Shown piece after piece: positions 26,866 through 37,137 of a stretch of DNA of 43,362 nt. Both the position numbers and the translations under genes were made by a program. Origin of the DNA: Planctomycetota bacterium (lineage in GTDB: Bacteria; Planctomycetota; UBA1135; UBA2386); the NCBI GenBank assembly GCA_036338025.1, contig JAYZDB010000115.1, forward strand, positions 1 to 43,362, read 5' to 3'. Positions within the stretch are counted from its first letter, which is position 1; every line of letters starts with the position of its first letter. The notes beneath the pieces were generated by a model. That model saw only the letters and a list, made by a program, of their open reading frames with translations. It ran no database searches and was not told the DNA's origin.

Positions 26866-27663
26866 ATGCCTCGGCTACCGATATCATCCCAGACTGAAAT
26901 GCTGCACCCCGACCTCGACCCCGACGCCCTGCGCGAACAGTTCGCCAACGCCGAACCGTTCGGACATGTTGTCATTGACCAGTTCCTCGACGAGGCCTGG
27001 GTCCGGGAAGTTGCCGAGACACTGCCGAGCTACCAGCAAGCCACGCAGGTCGGCACATCGTTCAAGACCGTGAACGAAGACAAGAAAGTCCAGATCGAAG
27101 ATGCGGAGCGGTTCCCCCCACTGGTGCGTAACCTACACGACTTCCTCAACGGCCACGACTTCCTACAGACCCTTGAGCACATCACCGGCATCGAGACTCT
27201 ACAATCCGACCCGAAAGCCAATGGCGGCGGCATTCACCAGACCGGCCCGGGAGGTCGGCTCGATGTGCATGTGGACTTCAATTACCTGCCGGAATTGCAG
27301 GCCTTCCGTCGCCTCAACCTGCTGCTCTACCTCAACCCTGAGTGGCGCAAAGATTGGGGTGGCAAGCTGGAGCTTTGGGACCCAGAAGTCCAGACCTGCC
27401 ATCGATCCGTCGAACCACTGCTCAACCGTTGTTTGATCTTCGAAACCAACAACATCAGCTATCACGGAGTGACCCGGGTCGACTGCCCGCCTGACCACGC
27501 ACGCAAGTCCTACAGCGCCTACTACTACACCGCCGTGCCGCCCGCAGACTTCGCCGATGATTTTCACGGGACAGTGTTCAAAGCCCGACCGACCGAAAAG
27601 TGGAAGGGTTTGATATGGATGCCGTTGGAGAAGCTCCTGCGCAGGTGGAAGCTGAAGCGGTAG
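26866..27663 (+). CDS. 2OG-Fe(II) oxygenase (prolyl-hydroxylase-like)
   Basis: PF.HVVID.FL, GGGIH, LDVHVDFN (HxD), RRLNLLLYLN..W...WGG.LELW, HGV and R.S motifs. Confidence 0.9.
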   Translation: MPRLPISSQTEMLHPDLDPDALREQFANAEPFGHVVIDQFLDEAWVREVAETLPSYQQATQVGTSFKTVNEDKKVQIEDAERFPPLVRNLHDFLNGHDFLQTLEHITGIETLQSDPKANGGGIHQTGPGGRLDVHVDFNYLPELQAFRRLNLLLYLNPEWRKDWGGKLELWDPEVQTCHRSVEPLLNRCLIFETNNISYHGVTRVDCPPDHARKSYSAYYYTAVPPADFADDFHGTVFKARPTEKWKGLIWMPLEKLLRRWKLKR

Positions 27664-27737
27664 AATTCCCTACGGCAATCGACACCCTTCCGTCCCCAAC
27701 GAAATCAGGCGAGTTACTGGCGTTGAATCTACTCCGT

Positions 27738-28589
27738 ATGCAACCACTGATCCGGATCCTCAGCCACGCTGGCTGGATCCTCGCGGTCACCGCAACGGTC
27801 TGCTGCCAACCGAAACCGGCAGAGGCCCAACCAAAACCTCCTAAGCTCGACAAGCTAGCCAGACAGACTCTTCAGAAGTGGGGCACCCTGCGCTACCACC
27901 TCGAAGGCGCAGGCGTCAAGACGCTCAGCTTCGACATCACAGTCATCTCGAAGGGCGGAATGACAGGCACATGGAACGCAAAGGGTAGCTACAGCATCGG
28001 GAACGACTCCAAGAAACCACATGGCAAGCTGGCCTGGGAGGACAAAGAGGTCGCATCGGCAATGCAGCGGCGCGGCTGGACCAGCCGGGCGTTCTCCAAG
28101 GACGTGCGCAAGAACAGTGACATGATGGAACTCGCCAACGCCACGGTGACCAGCCATCCCTCCCGGGGCAGGACGATCCTGATCGTCAAGGGCGGCAAGA
28201 CCAAGGAAGATCGATTGCTGTTGTACGACAGTGCGGGGGTGCAAGTCGGCGAAATCGTCGGGCCGATGAAGAAGCGCGTAAACTACGAGATCTACCGCGG
28301 CAAATATCTCCGGATCGGGGAGTCGTACCAGATGCCAGAGACCCAGGCCGAACTCAAGATCTCCCACGCGACGTTCGGCGGCATCCTCGTCCCGACCAGG
28401 ATGACCGAGGTGGTCAGGATCCGCAAACAACTGCTGAGTGACCTGACCATGGTGTTTTCCAACCACCTGATCAACGGGAAGAAGGCCGCCGCCCAGCCGA
28501 TCAAGAAATCCAAGAAGCCCTCGGTCCCACCCAAGGGCGTGAAACCTGGCTCCAAACAGAAAGGCGGCGACTCGCAAGCCGGCAAATAA
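27738..28589 (+). CDS. Hypothetical exported (possibly lipo-) protein, LolA-like fold possible
   Basis: Hydrophobic N-terminus ending in TVCC, a beta-rich body ending …VPTRM…MVFSNHLIN, and a Lys/Pro-rich tail. ATG 27738 chosen to avoid overlap with the upstream gene. Confidence 0.6.
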   Translation: MQPLIRILSHAGWILAVTATVCCQPKPAEAQPKPPKLDKLARQTLQKWGTLRYHLEGAGVKTLSFDITVISKGGMTGTWNAKGSYSIGNDSKKPHGKLAWEDKEVASAMQRRGWTSRAFSKDVRKNSDMMELANATVTSHPSRGRTILIVKGGKTKEDRLLLYDSAGVQVGEIVGPMKKRVNYEIYRGKYLRIGESYQMPETQAELKISHATFGGILVPTRMTEVVRIRKQLLSDLTMVFSNHLINGKKAAAQPIKKSKKPSVPPKGVKPGSKQKGGDSQAGK

Positions 28590-28590
28590 G

Positions 28591-29442
28591 GTGCACGACG
28601 CAACACCAAAGGACCTGCATGGGCAGAACCGCAAGTCGTGGAATGCCGTGGTGCCAGCCCACAACAGCCACAAGCGTGATCAAGCCAGGTTCCTGCGCGA
28701 AGGTGGTAACACGCTGTTTCCTGACGAACTCGAATTACTGGGTGAGGTCCGCGGGAAGTCCCTGCTGCACCTGCAGTGCAACTGTGGTCAAGACAGCTTG
28801 AGCCTGGCCCGACTCGGAGCCACGGTCACCGGAGTCGACATCGCTGACGAGGCAATCGTCTTCGCCCAACAACTCGCAGACGAATCAGGGATCGAGGCGA
28901 CCTTCATTCGCAGCGACCTGTTCGACTGGTTCGATGCAAGCGACCAGACCTTCGATCTGGCGTTCTCGACCTACGGTACCATCGCCTGGCTGTCCGACCT
29001 TGATCGCTGGGCCCGCGGGATAAGGAAGATCCTGGCGCCAGCGGGCCGACTCATCCTGGTGGAGTTCCACCCGATCATCTGGAGTCTCGACGCCGATGGT
29101 CGGCTCACCGAGTCCTATTTCAGACCGAACCCGATCGAGGAATCGGATGGGGTGCGCGACTACGTCGGACCGGGCCTCGCCCCCTCGGGTTTCGAAGTGG
29201 GTTGTGAAGACTTCGAGAATCCAGAGCCCGCCCACGCCTTCCAGTGGACTCTCGCCGAGACGGTGCAGAGCCTGATCGATGCAAACCTGCGGATCGAGAC
29301 CTTGCGCGAATACCCGTACGCCAACGGTTGTGAGGTCATCGACGGCATGCAGGAACTGCCCGGCAAGCGGTTCAAGCTACCAGACAGCATCCCTGAGGTG
29401 CCCTTGATGTTCGGGCTGACCGCGTGCCGGAACCCTGAGTAA
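28591..29442 (+). CDS. Class I SAM-dependent methyltransferase
   Basis: LLHLQCNCGQDSLSLA..GA.VTGVD.., FDL.F..YG...W..DL..W and L...G.L...EFHP motifs. Confidence 0.88.
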   Translation: MHDATPKDLHGQNRKSWNAVVPAHNSHKRDQARFLREGGNTLFPDELELLGEVRGKSLLHLQCNCGQDSLSLARLGATVTGVDIADEAIVFAQQLADESGIEATFIRSDLFDWFDASDQTFDLAFSTYGTIAWLSDLDRWARGIRKILAPAGRLILVEFHPIIWSLDADGRLTESYFRPNPIEESDGVRDYVGPGLAPSGFEVGCEDFENPEPAHAFQWTLAETVQSLIDANLRIETLREYPYANGCEVIDGMQELPGKRFKLPDSIPEVPLMFGLTACRNPE

Positions 29443-29446
29443 GACC

Positions 29447-32428
29447 ATGTCGACGTCCCGCAATCACCTCAGTGCCTGGCTAACCATCCTGCTCGCTAGC
29501 ACCACGCCGGCACAGCGGACGATCCCCGACCAGGGACCGAGCTACACCCGCGATGTCAGACCAATCCTCTCGAAGAACTGCTTCGCCTGCCACGGTCCGG
29601 ACCCAGGTGCCCGCAAGGCCAAGTTGCGGCTCGATCGTCCTGGCGAAGTCCAGACCACCAAGATGCTGGCCCGAATCACGCATCATGATCCAGACGAGAT
29701 CATGCCTCCGACGAGTTCCGGCAAAACGCTCAGCAGCGCACAAGTCGCCATCCTGCGGCGCTGGATTGCAGCCGGTGCTCCTTACCAGAAGCACTGGTCT
29801 TTCGTTCCACCCAAACGTCCGTCGCTACCGCCAACGAGTTCCAACACCCAACATCCAATCGACCGATTCGTCAGAACCCGCCTCGCGAGTCAGAGCCTGA
29901 CCCCTGCCCCACGCGCCGACCGCTTGACCTTGGTGCGTCGGGTCTTCTTGGATCTGATCGGTCTGCCTCCGACGCCTGGCGAAGCTGATGCATTCGCGAA
30001 CGACTCCTCACCAAATGCCTATGAGAAAGTCATCGATCGACTGCTGGCGTCGCCACACTACGGTGAACGCTGGGCGCGACGGTGGCTTGATCTCGCACGC
30101 TACGCAGATTCCAACGGTTACGAAAAAGACCGCAATCGCAGCATTTGGCCCTACCGTGACTGGGTGATTCGCGCCTTGAACGCAGACATGCCGTACGACC
30201 AGTTCACCATCGAACAGATCGCTGGCGACATGCTCAACGAACCGACGCCGGACCAACTCATCGCCACCGGATTTCACCGCAACACGATGCTCAACGAGGA
30301 AGGTGGCATCGATCCACTCGAGTATCGCTACCACGCGATGACCGACCGGGTTGCGACCACCGGCACAGTGTTCCTCGGGCTAACTACGGGCTGCGCACAA
30401 TGCCACACCCACAAGTTTGATCCGATCACGCACACCGAATACTTCCAGTTGATGGCTTTCCTCAACAACGCCGACGAGCCCGACTTCTTGATCCCGGCCG
30501 CTGCCAACCAAGGTGCACGGCAGAGCAGGGTGGCCCGCGCCAACCAGTTGCTTTCGAAACTGGGCGATCGTTGGCCAGACAGGGGCGAATCCCAACAGAT
30601 CAAGTTCGCGCAGTGGCTCGCCGATCTGCGCCGCAAGGCAGCGCCTTGGAGACCCCTGCGCCCACGCAAGGTAACGACCAACCTGCCACTGCTGACGGTC
30701 GAGGGCGACAGCGTGGTGTTCTGCTCTGGTGATACCACCAAGCACGACACCTACAAACTCGAGTTCGACAAGCGCGACCAGAAGGTCGCAGCCCTGCGGC
30801 TCGAAGCCCTGCCCGACAGCCGCTTGCCGGCAGGTGGTCCCGGCATGACCTATTACGAGGGCCGGAAAGGCGACTTCTTCTTGTCGGAGTTCAAGCTGCG
30901 GGCCAACGGTCGACCGTTAAAGATCGCGAGTGCATCCGAGAGCTATGCCCGCAACCGATTCGGCTCCAACCCGGTCAGCGCCGCCCTCGCCACCGACGGC
31001 GATCTGCAGACCGGGTGGTCGATCGCCGACGCGGTATCAAAGCGACACGTCGCGGTATTCGTACTCGCGAACCCAATCCCGGCCGACACACCATTCGAAC
31101 TCGAGATGCACTTCGGTCGTCACTTCGGGAGTTCACTGGGCAAGTTCCGGATTTCGGCCACGGATCAAGCACGCGGCGGCCACGCCCTCGCCCTCGGCCA
31201 GCCGACCGAACAGCTCCTCACGCGCAGCGACGATCAACTGAGCGAGGTGGATCGTGAGACCTTGCGACGAGCATTTCTATTGAACTCGCCCGAGTTGAAG
31301 AAGGCCGCCGAGGAAATCCGAGGTCTCCGAGCGCCGCTGCAGCAGACCTTGACGCTGATCTTCCGCGAACGGCCGGCGCATCACCCACGCCCGACCCACC
31401 GCCACCATCGGGGCGAGTTCCTGCAACCCCGGGAAGTCGTCGTGCCAGGGGTGCCGGAAGCGCTGCACTCCTACCCCGCAAATGCCCCGCGCGATCGACT
31501 GGGTTTCGCGCGCTGGCTGGTGTCCCGAGACAACCCACTGGCAGCACGGGTGCTGGTCAATCGCCACTGGGCCACCCTGTTCGGACGCGGTCTGGTTCAA
31601 ACCATCGATGACTTTGGCGCCCAGGGCGCACCACCCACCCACCCAGAACTGCTCGACTGGCTGGCGGTGGAGTTCATGGACGAGGGTTGGAGCATGAAGA
31701 AACTCCACCGCCTCCTGGTCACCAGCGAAACCTACAAGCAGAGCTCAAACATCGATCCAGAACGCCTCGCCCAGGACCCGAGCAACCGACTGCTGGCCCG
31801 TGCCGCACGACCACGACTGGAAGCCGAGATCTTGCGCGACTCGTTCCTCAAGGCTGCGGGCGTGCTGTCGGCCAGGATGTTCGGCCCACCAGTTCGCCCC
31901 CCACAGCCGCAGGGCGTCACCGAGGTCTCGTTCGGCAAACCACGCTGGAACCCGAGCACCGGCGAGAATCGTGTCCGACGCAGCATCTACACCTTCGCCA
32001 AACGCACGGCGCCCTTCGCGTTGTTCCAGACTTTTGATGCCCCCAGTGGCGAGGCCTGCGTGGCGCAACGCGACGTATCCAACACCGCTCTGCAGGCGCT
32101 GTCGCTCCTCAACGACCCGATGATGATCGAGATCGCACAGGCCTTGGGCAAGAACCTCGCTGCATTCGCACGCGATCGCGATGACGATTCAAAGTCCGCC
32201 GCCCGGCACGCACTACGTCGCGTCCTGACCCGGCATCCAAGCCCGAACGAAGTCAGTGCATTGACTGAGTTCCTGGCACGACAACGTCGTCGATTTGCTG
32301 CCGATCCCACCAGCGCCAGACGCGTCATCAACGCCGCCGACGCAGCCACCGACAACGTTGAGTGGGCCGCCTGGACCAGCGTTGCCCGAGCCTTGTTCAG
32401 TCTCGACGAAGCGGTAACCCGCAACTGA
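29447..32428 (+). CDS. PSD1 / planctomycete cytochrome c domain protein (DUF1549 + DUF1553)
   Basis: CFACHGPD and CAQCH haem motifs, plus HPIDRF, YGERWAR.WLDLARYADS, PTHPELLDWLA and QAL.LLN. Confidence 0.92.
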   Translation: MSTSRNHLSAWLTILLASTTPAQRTIPDQGPSYTRDVRPILSKNCFACHGPDPGARKAKLRLDRPGEVQTTKMLARITHHDPDEIMPPTSSGKTLSSAQVAILRRWIAAGAPYQKHWSFVPPKRPSLPPTSSNTQHPIDRFVRTRLASQSLTPAPRADRLTLVRRVFLDLIGLPPTPGEADAFANDSSPNAYEKVIDRLLASPHYGERWARRWLDLARYADSNGYEKDRNRSIWPYRDWVIRALNADMPYDQFTIEQIAGDMLNEPTPDQLIATGFHRNTMLNEEGGIDPLEYRYHAMTDRVATTGTVFLGLTTGCAQCHTHKFDPITHTEYFQLMAFLNNADEPDFLIPAAANQGARQSRVARANQLLSKLGDRWPDRGESQQIKFAQWLADLRRKAAPWRPLRPRKVTTNLPLLTVEGDSVVFCSGDTTKHDTYKLEFDKRDQKVAALRLEALPDSRLPAGGPGMTYYEGRKGDFFLSEFKLRANGRPLKIASASESYARNRFGSNPVSAALATDGDLQTGWSIADAVSKRHVAVFVLANPIPADTPFELEMHFGRHFGSSLGKFRISATDQARGGHALALGQPTEQLLTRSDDQLSEVDRETLRRAFLLNSPELKKAAEEIRGLRAPLQQTLTLIFRERPAHHPRPTHRHHRGEFLQPREVVVPGVPEALHSYPANAPRDRLGFARWLVSRDNPLAARVLVNRHWATLFGRGLVQTIDDFGAQGAPPTHPELLDWLAVEFMDEGWSMKKLHRLLVTSETYKQSSNIDPERLAQDPSNRLLARAARPRLEAEILRDSFLKAAGVLSARMFGPPVRPPQPQGVTEVSFGKPRWNPSTGENRVRRSIYTFAKRTAPFALFQTFDAPSGEACVAQRDVSNTALQALSLLNDPMMIEIAQALGKNLAAFARDRDDDSKSAARHALRRVLTRHPSPNEVSALTEFLARQRRRFAADPTSARRVINAADAATDNVEWAAWTSVARALFSLDEAVTRN

Positions 32429-32429
32429 A

Positions 32430-33866
32430 ATGGACCCATCTCACATGCTTCTCCGCACGCTTACCCGCCGGCACCTGCTCGCCGGCTGCGGGATCGGTGT
32501 CGGCAACATGGCGTTGAACAGCCTGCTAACCGGCCAACTCAACACTGGCAACACGTCGATCGAGAACGGGCCTTTGCATCCCAGACTGCCGCACTTCCCT
32601 GCCAAGGCAAAGGCCGTCATCCACCTGCTCATGGCGGGCGCCCCCAGCCAACTCGACCTGTTCGATCCCAAGCCACGACTCTCAAAACTCGAGGGTAAGC
32701 CACTCCCCAAGTCGATCATCGGTGACCAACGCTACGCCTTCATCCAGCAGGATGCAGCGGTGCTCGGACCGCGGTTCCCGTTCCGACGGCACGGCGAATC
32801 CGGTGCGGTGTTGGGCAGTCCGCTGCACCATCTCGGCAAGGTGGCCGACCGGCTATGCATCGTGAAATCGATGCACACCGACCAGTTCAACCACGCACCC
32901 GCCCAACTGTTGATGAACACCGGCTTCCCACAACCCGGCCGTCCGAGCCTGGGGTCGTGGACTCTCTACGGCCTGGGCGCAGAAACCAACGACCTGCCCG
33001 CTTTCGTCGTGATGAGCACCGGCTCAGGAGTCAGTGGCGGCAACGCCCTGTGGTCGAGTGGATTCATGCCGACGCTCTACACCGGTACGCGATTTCGCAA
33101 CGGACGTGATCCGATCCTTAATGTCTCCGCGCCAGGGGGCTTCGATGAAGAACTCCAGAGGGACACCTACTCCCTGGTATCCGAACTCAATCGAACCCGA
33201 CATCAGGTCATCCGCGACCCTGAGATCGAAACCAGGATCGCAGCATTCGAAATGGCCGCACGACTACAGGTGTCCGCACCAGAATTGATGGACCTCAAGA
33301 GTGAGGGACAGGCGACCCTGGACTCATACGGTTGCAATCCGGACAAGCCCTCCTTCGCCCGCGCTTGCTTACTGGCCCGTCGGATGGTCGAACGCGGCGT
33401 CCGCTTCATCAACATCATCCACGAGGGCTGGGACGCACACACCGATGTCGCCGGCAACACACGCAGCAACTGCAAGGCGACCGACCGGGGCACCGCCGCC
33501 CTGATCGCTGACCTCGCCCAACGCGGTCTGCTTGACGAGACCTTGGTGATCTGGGGCGGTGAATTTGGTCGCACACCCATGGTCGAGACCAACCCCGCAT
33601 TGGGCCGTAAGCAGGGACGTGACCACCATCCACAGGCGTTCACCATGTTCATGGCTGGCGGTGGCGTGCGGGCTGGCTATACCCACGGCGAAACTGACGA
33701 ATTCGGATTCCACATCGTCAAGGACCCGGTGCATGTCTACGACCTGCAGGCCACCATCCTCCACAGCATGGGCTTCGACCACGAGCGGTTGACATACCAA
33801 ACGGCTGGGCGTGACTACCGCTTGACGGACGTGCACGGCAAGGTCATCCCGGCCCTGCTGGCCTGA
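32430..33866 (+). CDS. DUF1501 domain protein
   Basis: TRR..L Tat-like leader, GAPSQLDLFDPKP, CLLARRMVERGVRF, WD.H, GEFGRTP and GRDHHP motifs; typical partner of the PSD1 gene. Confidence 0.92.
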   Translation: MDPSHMLLRTLTRRHLLAGCGIGVGNMALNSLLTGQLNTGNTSIENGPLHPRLPHFPAKAKAVIHLLMAGAPSQLDLFDPKPRLSKLEGKPLPKSIIGDQRYAFIQQDAAVLGPRFPFRRHGESGAVLGSPLHHLGKVADRLCIVKSMHTDQFNHAPAQLLMNTGFPQPGRPSLGSWTLYGLGAETNDLPAFVVMSTGSGVSGGNALWSSGFMPTLYTGTRFRNGRDPILNVSAPGGFDEELQRDTYSLVSELNRTRHQVIRDPEIETRIAAFEMAARLQVSAPELMDLKSEGQATLDSYGCNPDKPSFARACLLARRMVERGVRFINIIHEGWDAHTDVAGNTRSNCKATDRGTAALIADLAQRGLLDETLVIWGGEFGRTPMVETNPALGRKQGRDHHPQAFTMFMAGGGVRAGYTHGETDEFGFHIVKDPVHVYDLQATILHSMGFDHERLTYQTAGRDYRLTDVHGKVIPALLA

Positions 33867-33872
33867 CGTCGG

Positions 33873-34118
33873 GAATTGCCTCCCCTTGGACACGTGCTGC
33901 GCCGGTCGCCGCGCAGTTCAACCCACCGGCTGGAGGATCTCAAGAAACATGCTGGCATCGGCTACTGCAACATCACCAGGTGCCGCACCGTGGTCTGCCC
34001 CGAGCACATCACCGACAACGCAATCATCCCACTCAAGGAACGTGTCGTAGATCAGTCCTACGGCCCCTTGGAGTGCCTCTTCCGATTGTTGACAGGCGGA
34101 CGAAAGAAACAGCGCTGA
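33873..34118 (+). pseudogene. 3' remnant of a succinate dehydrogenase/fumarate reductase iron-sulfur subunit gene
   Basis: RLEDLKKHAGIGYCNITRCRTVVCPEHITDNAIIPLKERVVD resembles the SdhB C-terminal cluster motif GxGYCNITKCCTxVCPExIxITDNAxIPxKERV, with a Cys-to-Arg change and a 2-aa deletion. An out-of-frame PLDT lies upstream and the N-terminal part is missing. Confidence 0.7.
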
Positions 34119-34249
34119 AGCCTTCCCAGACTCGACCTGCCATCTGTCTGGCAGCGTGGAGTAGAATCAACCAGAGGCAAACTGGCCTCCAACGTCCCAC
34201 TCCGGAGCGGCAGAAAGCACCGGTATTCAAGTCCTTGGCTCCTGGCAGG

Positions 34250-34278
34250 TTGACGGACTGACTGCCGTTGCCCAGAAT
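34250..34278 (+). promoter_or_regulatory. Sigma70-type promoter of typA
   Basis: TTGACG-N17-CAGAAT, about 100 nt upstream of the ATG. Confidence 0.55.
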
Positions 34279-34375
34279 CCCCGCCTTCTCCTAGGGGGCC
34301 CGGTCAACCGATCGTCTTCACAACAGCGGCTCCCAGCTTCACATCCCGGGTATCCAGGCCCGACCGCGTCCCTAC

Positions 34376-36214
<1,839 letters not shown>

Positions 36215-36308
36215 CCCGGGCCTGCGTGATCGAGTCCGGCGACGCCTGGCCCCCTGCCCGAATCGAGCAGGCCCTGGCGACTGTCGAAGTGACACAAGCT
36301 GTTCGGTG

Positions 36309-36338
36309 TTGTCCAACAGCGGTGCAGAGCGGTATTGT
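36309..36338 (+). promoter_or_regulatory. Possible sigma70 promoter of the rnc-mfd-surA-like operon (leaderless)
   Basis: TTGTCC-N18-TATTGT-N6-GTG. Confidence 0.45.
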
Positions 36339-36344
36339 TATGGG

Positions 36345-37124
36345 GTGCCCATCAAGAAACCCGATCCCCGGCGAGAGAAGCGCCTGCTCGAGGTCTGCGA
36401 ACGAATCGGATACCAATTCAAGGACATCCGTCTGCTCAACCTCGCACTGAGTCACTCGTCACTGGGCAACGAGGGCCTGCCGAACTACGAGCGTCTGGAG
36501 TTCCTCGGTGATGCCGTGCTCGGGTTCCTGGTAGCCGACAGCCTCTACGGACAGCACCCGGAAGTCGTCGTCGGCGAACTGACCAGCCGGCGATCCTTGA
36601 TGGTAAGCCGTACTCCCCTGGCAAGCATCGCGGACGATCTCGAGTTAGGCCACTACATCCAAGTTGGGCGCGGCCTCAGCGAAAGTGCCCTGCAGTCACC
36701 GCGAATCATGGCGGATCTCGTCGAAGCGGTGCTCGGCGCCATCTACATCGATGGCGGTGTCGAGGAGGCCCGAAAGTTCGTCCAGCGGTTTGTGCTGGAA
36801 CGCTTCAAGGGTGGGCAATCCCACCAAAAGACCTTGACGGACCCCAAGACCCGCCTCAACCAATGGGCCCAAAGCCACGGTCTCAGTACACCCCACTACG
36901 AGATTATCGAATCCTACGGGCCGGACCACGATCCAACCTTCAAGGTCTCGGTAACGGTCAGCGACATCGTCTGCAAGTCCGACGCCGTCAAGAACAAGCA
37001 GACCGGTGAGCAAGCGGCGGCCAGCAGGGCGTTCCAACAGGTCTCCAGGTTGACCACCGACACCCAGGCCGAGGCAGCCAAACTGTCCGGCGACGACGAC
37101 ATCCAGATCGTCTGGGAAGAGTAG
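36345..37124 (+). CDS. rnc: Ribonuclease III
   Basis: NYERLEFLGDAVL signature, AD.VEAVLGAIY.D, and a C-terminal dsRBD (DPKT.L..W.Q, GPDH…F). GTG start at 36345 preferred. Confidence 0.95.
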   Translation: MPIKKPDPRREKRLLEVCERIGYQFKDIRLLNLALSHSSLGNEGLPNYERLEFLGDAVLGFLVADSLYGQHPEVVVGELTSRRSLMVSRTPLASIADDLELGHYIQVGRGLSESALQSPRIMADLVEAVLGAIYIDGGVEEARKFVQRFVLERFKGGQSHQKTLTDPKTRLNQWAQSHGLSTPHYEIIESYGPDHDPTFKVSVTVSDIVCKSDAVKNKQTGEQAAASRAFQQVSRLTTDTQAEAAKLSGDDDIQIVWEE

Positions 37125-37137
37125 CCCGGACGGCCGG

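Noticed and set aside
34119-34250. Small hairpins upstream of the typA promoter read as an sRNA or REP element
   Set aside because: The stems are short (5-6 bp), are not repeated in the window and match no RNA family I recognise.
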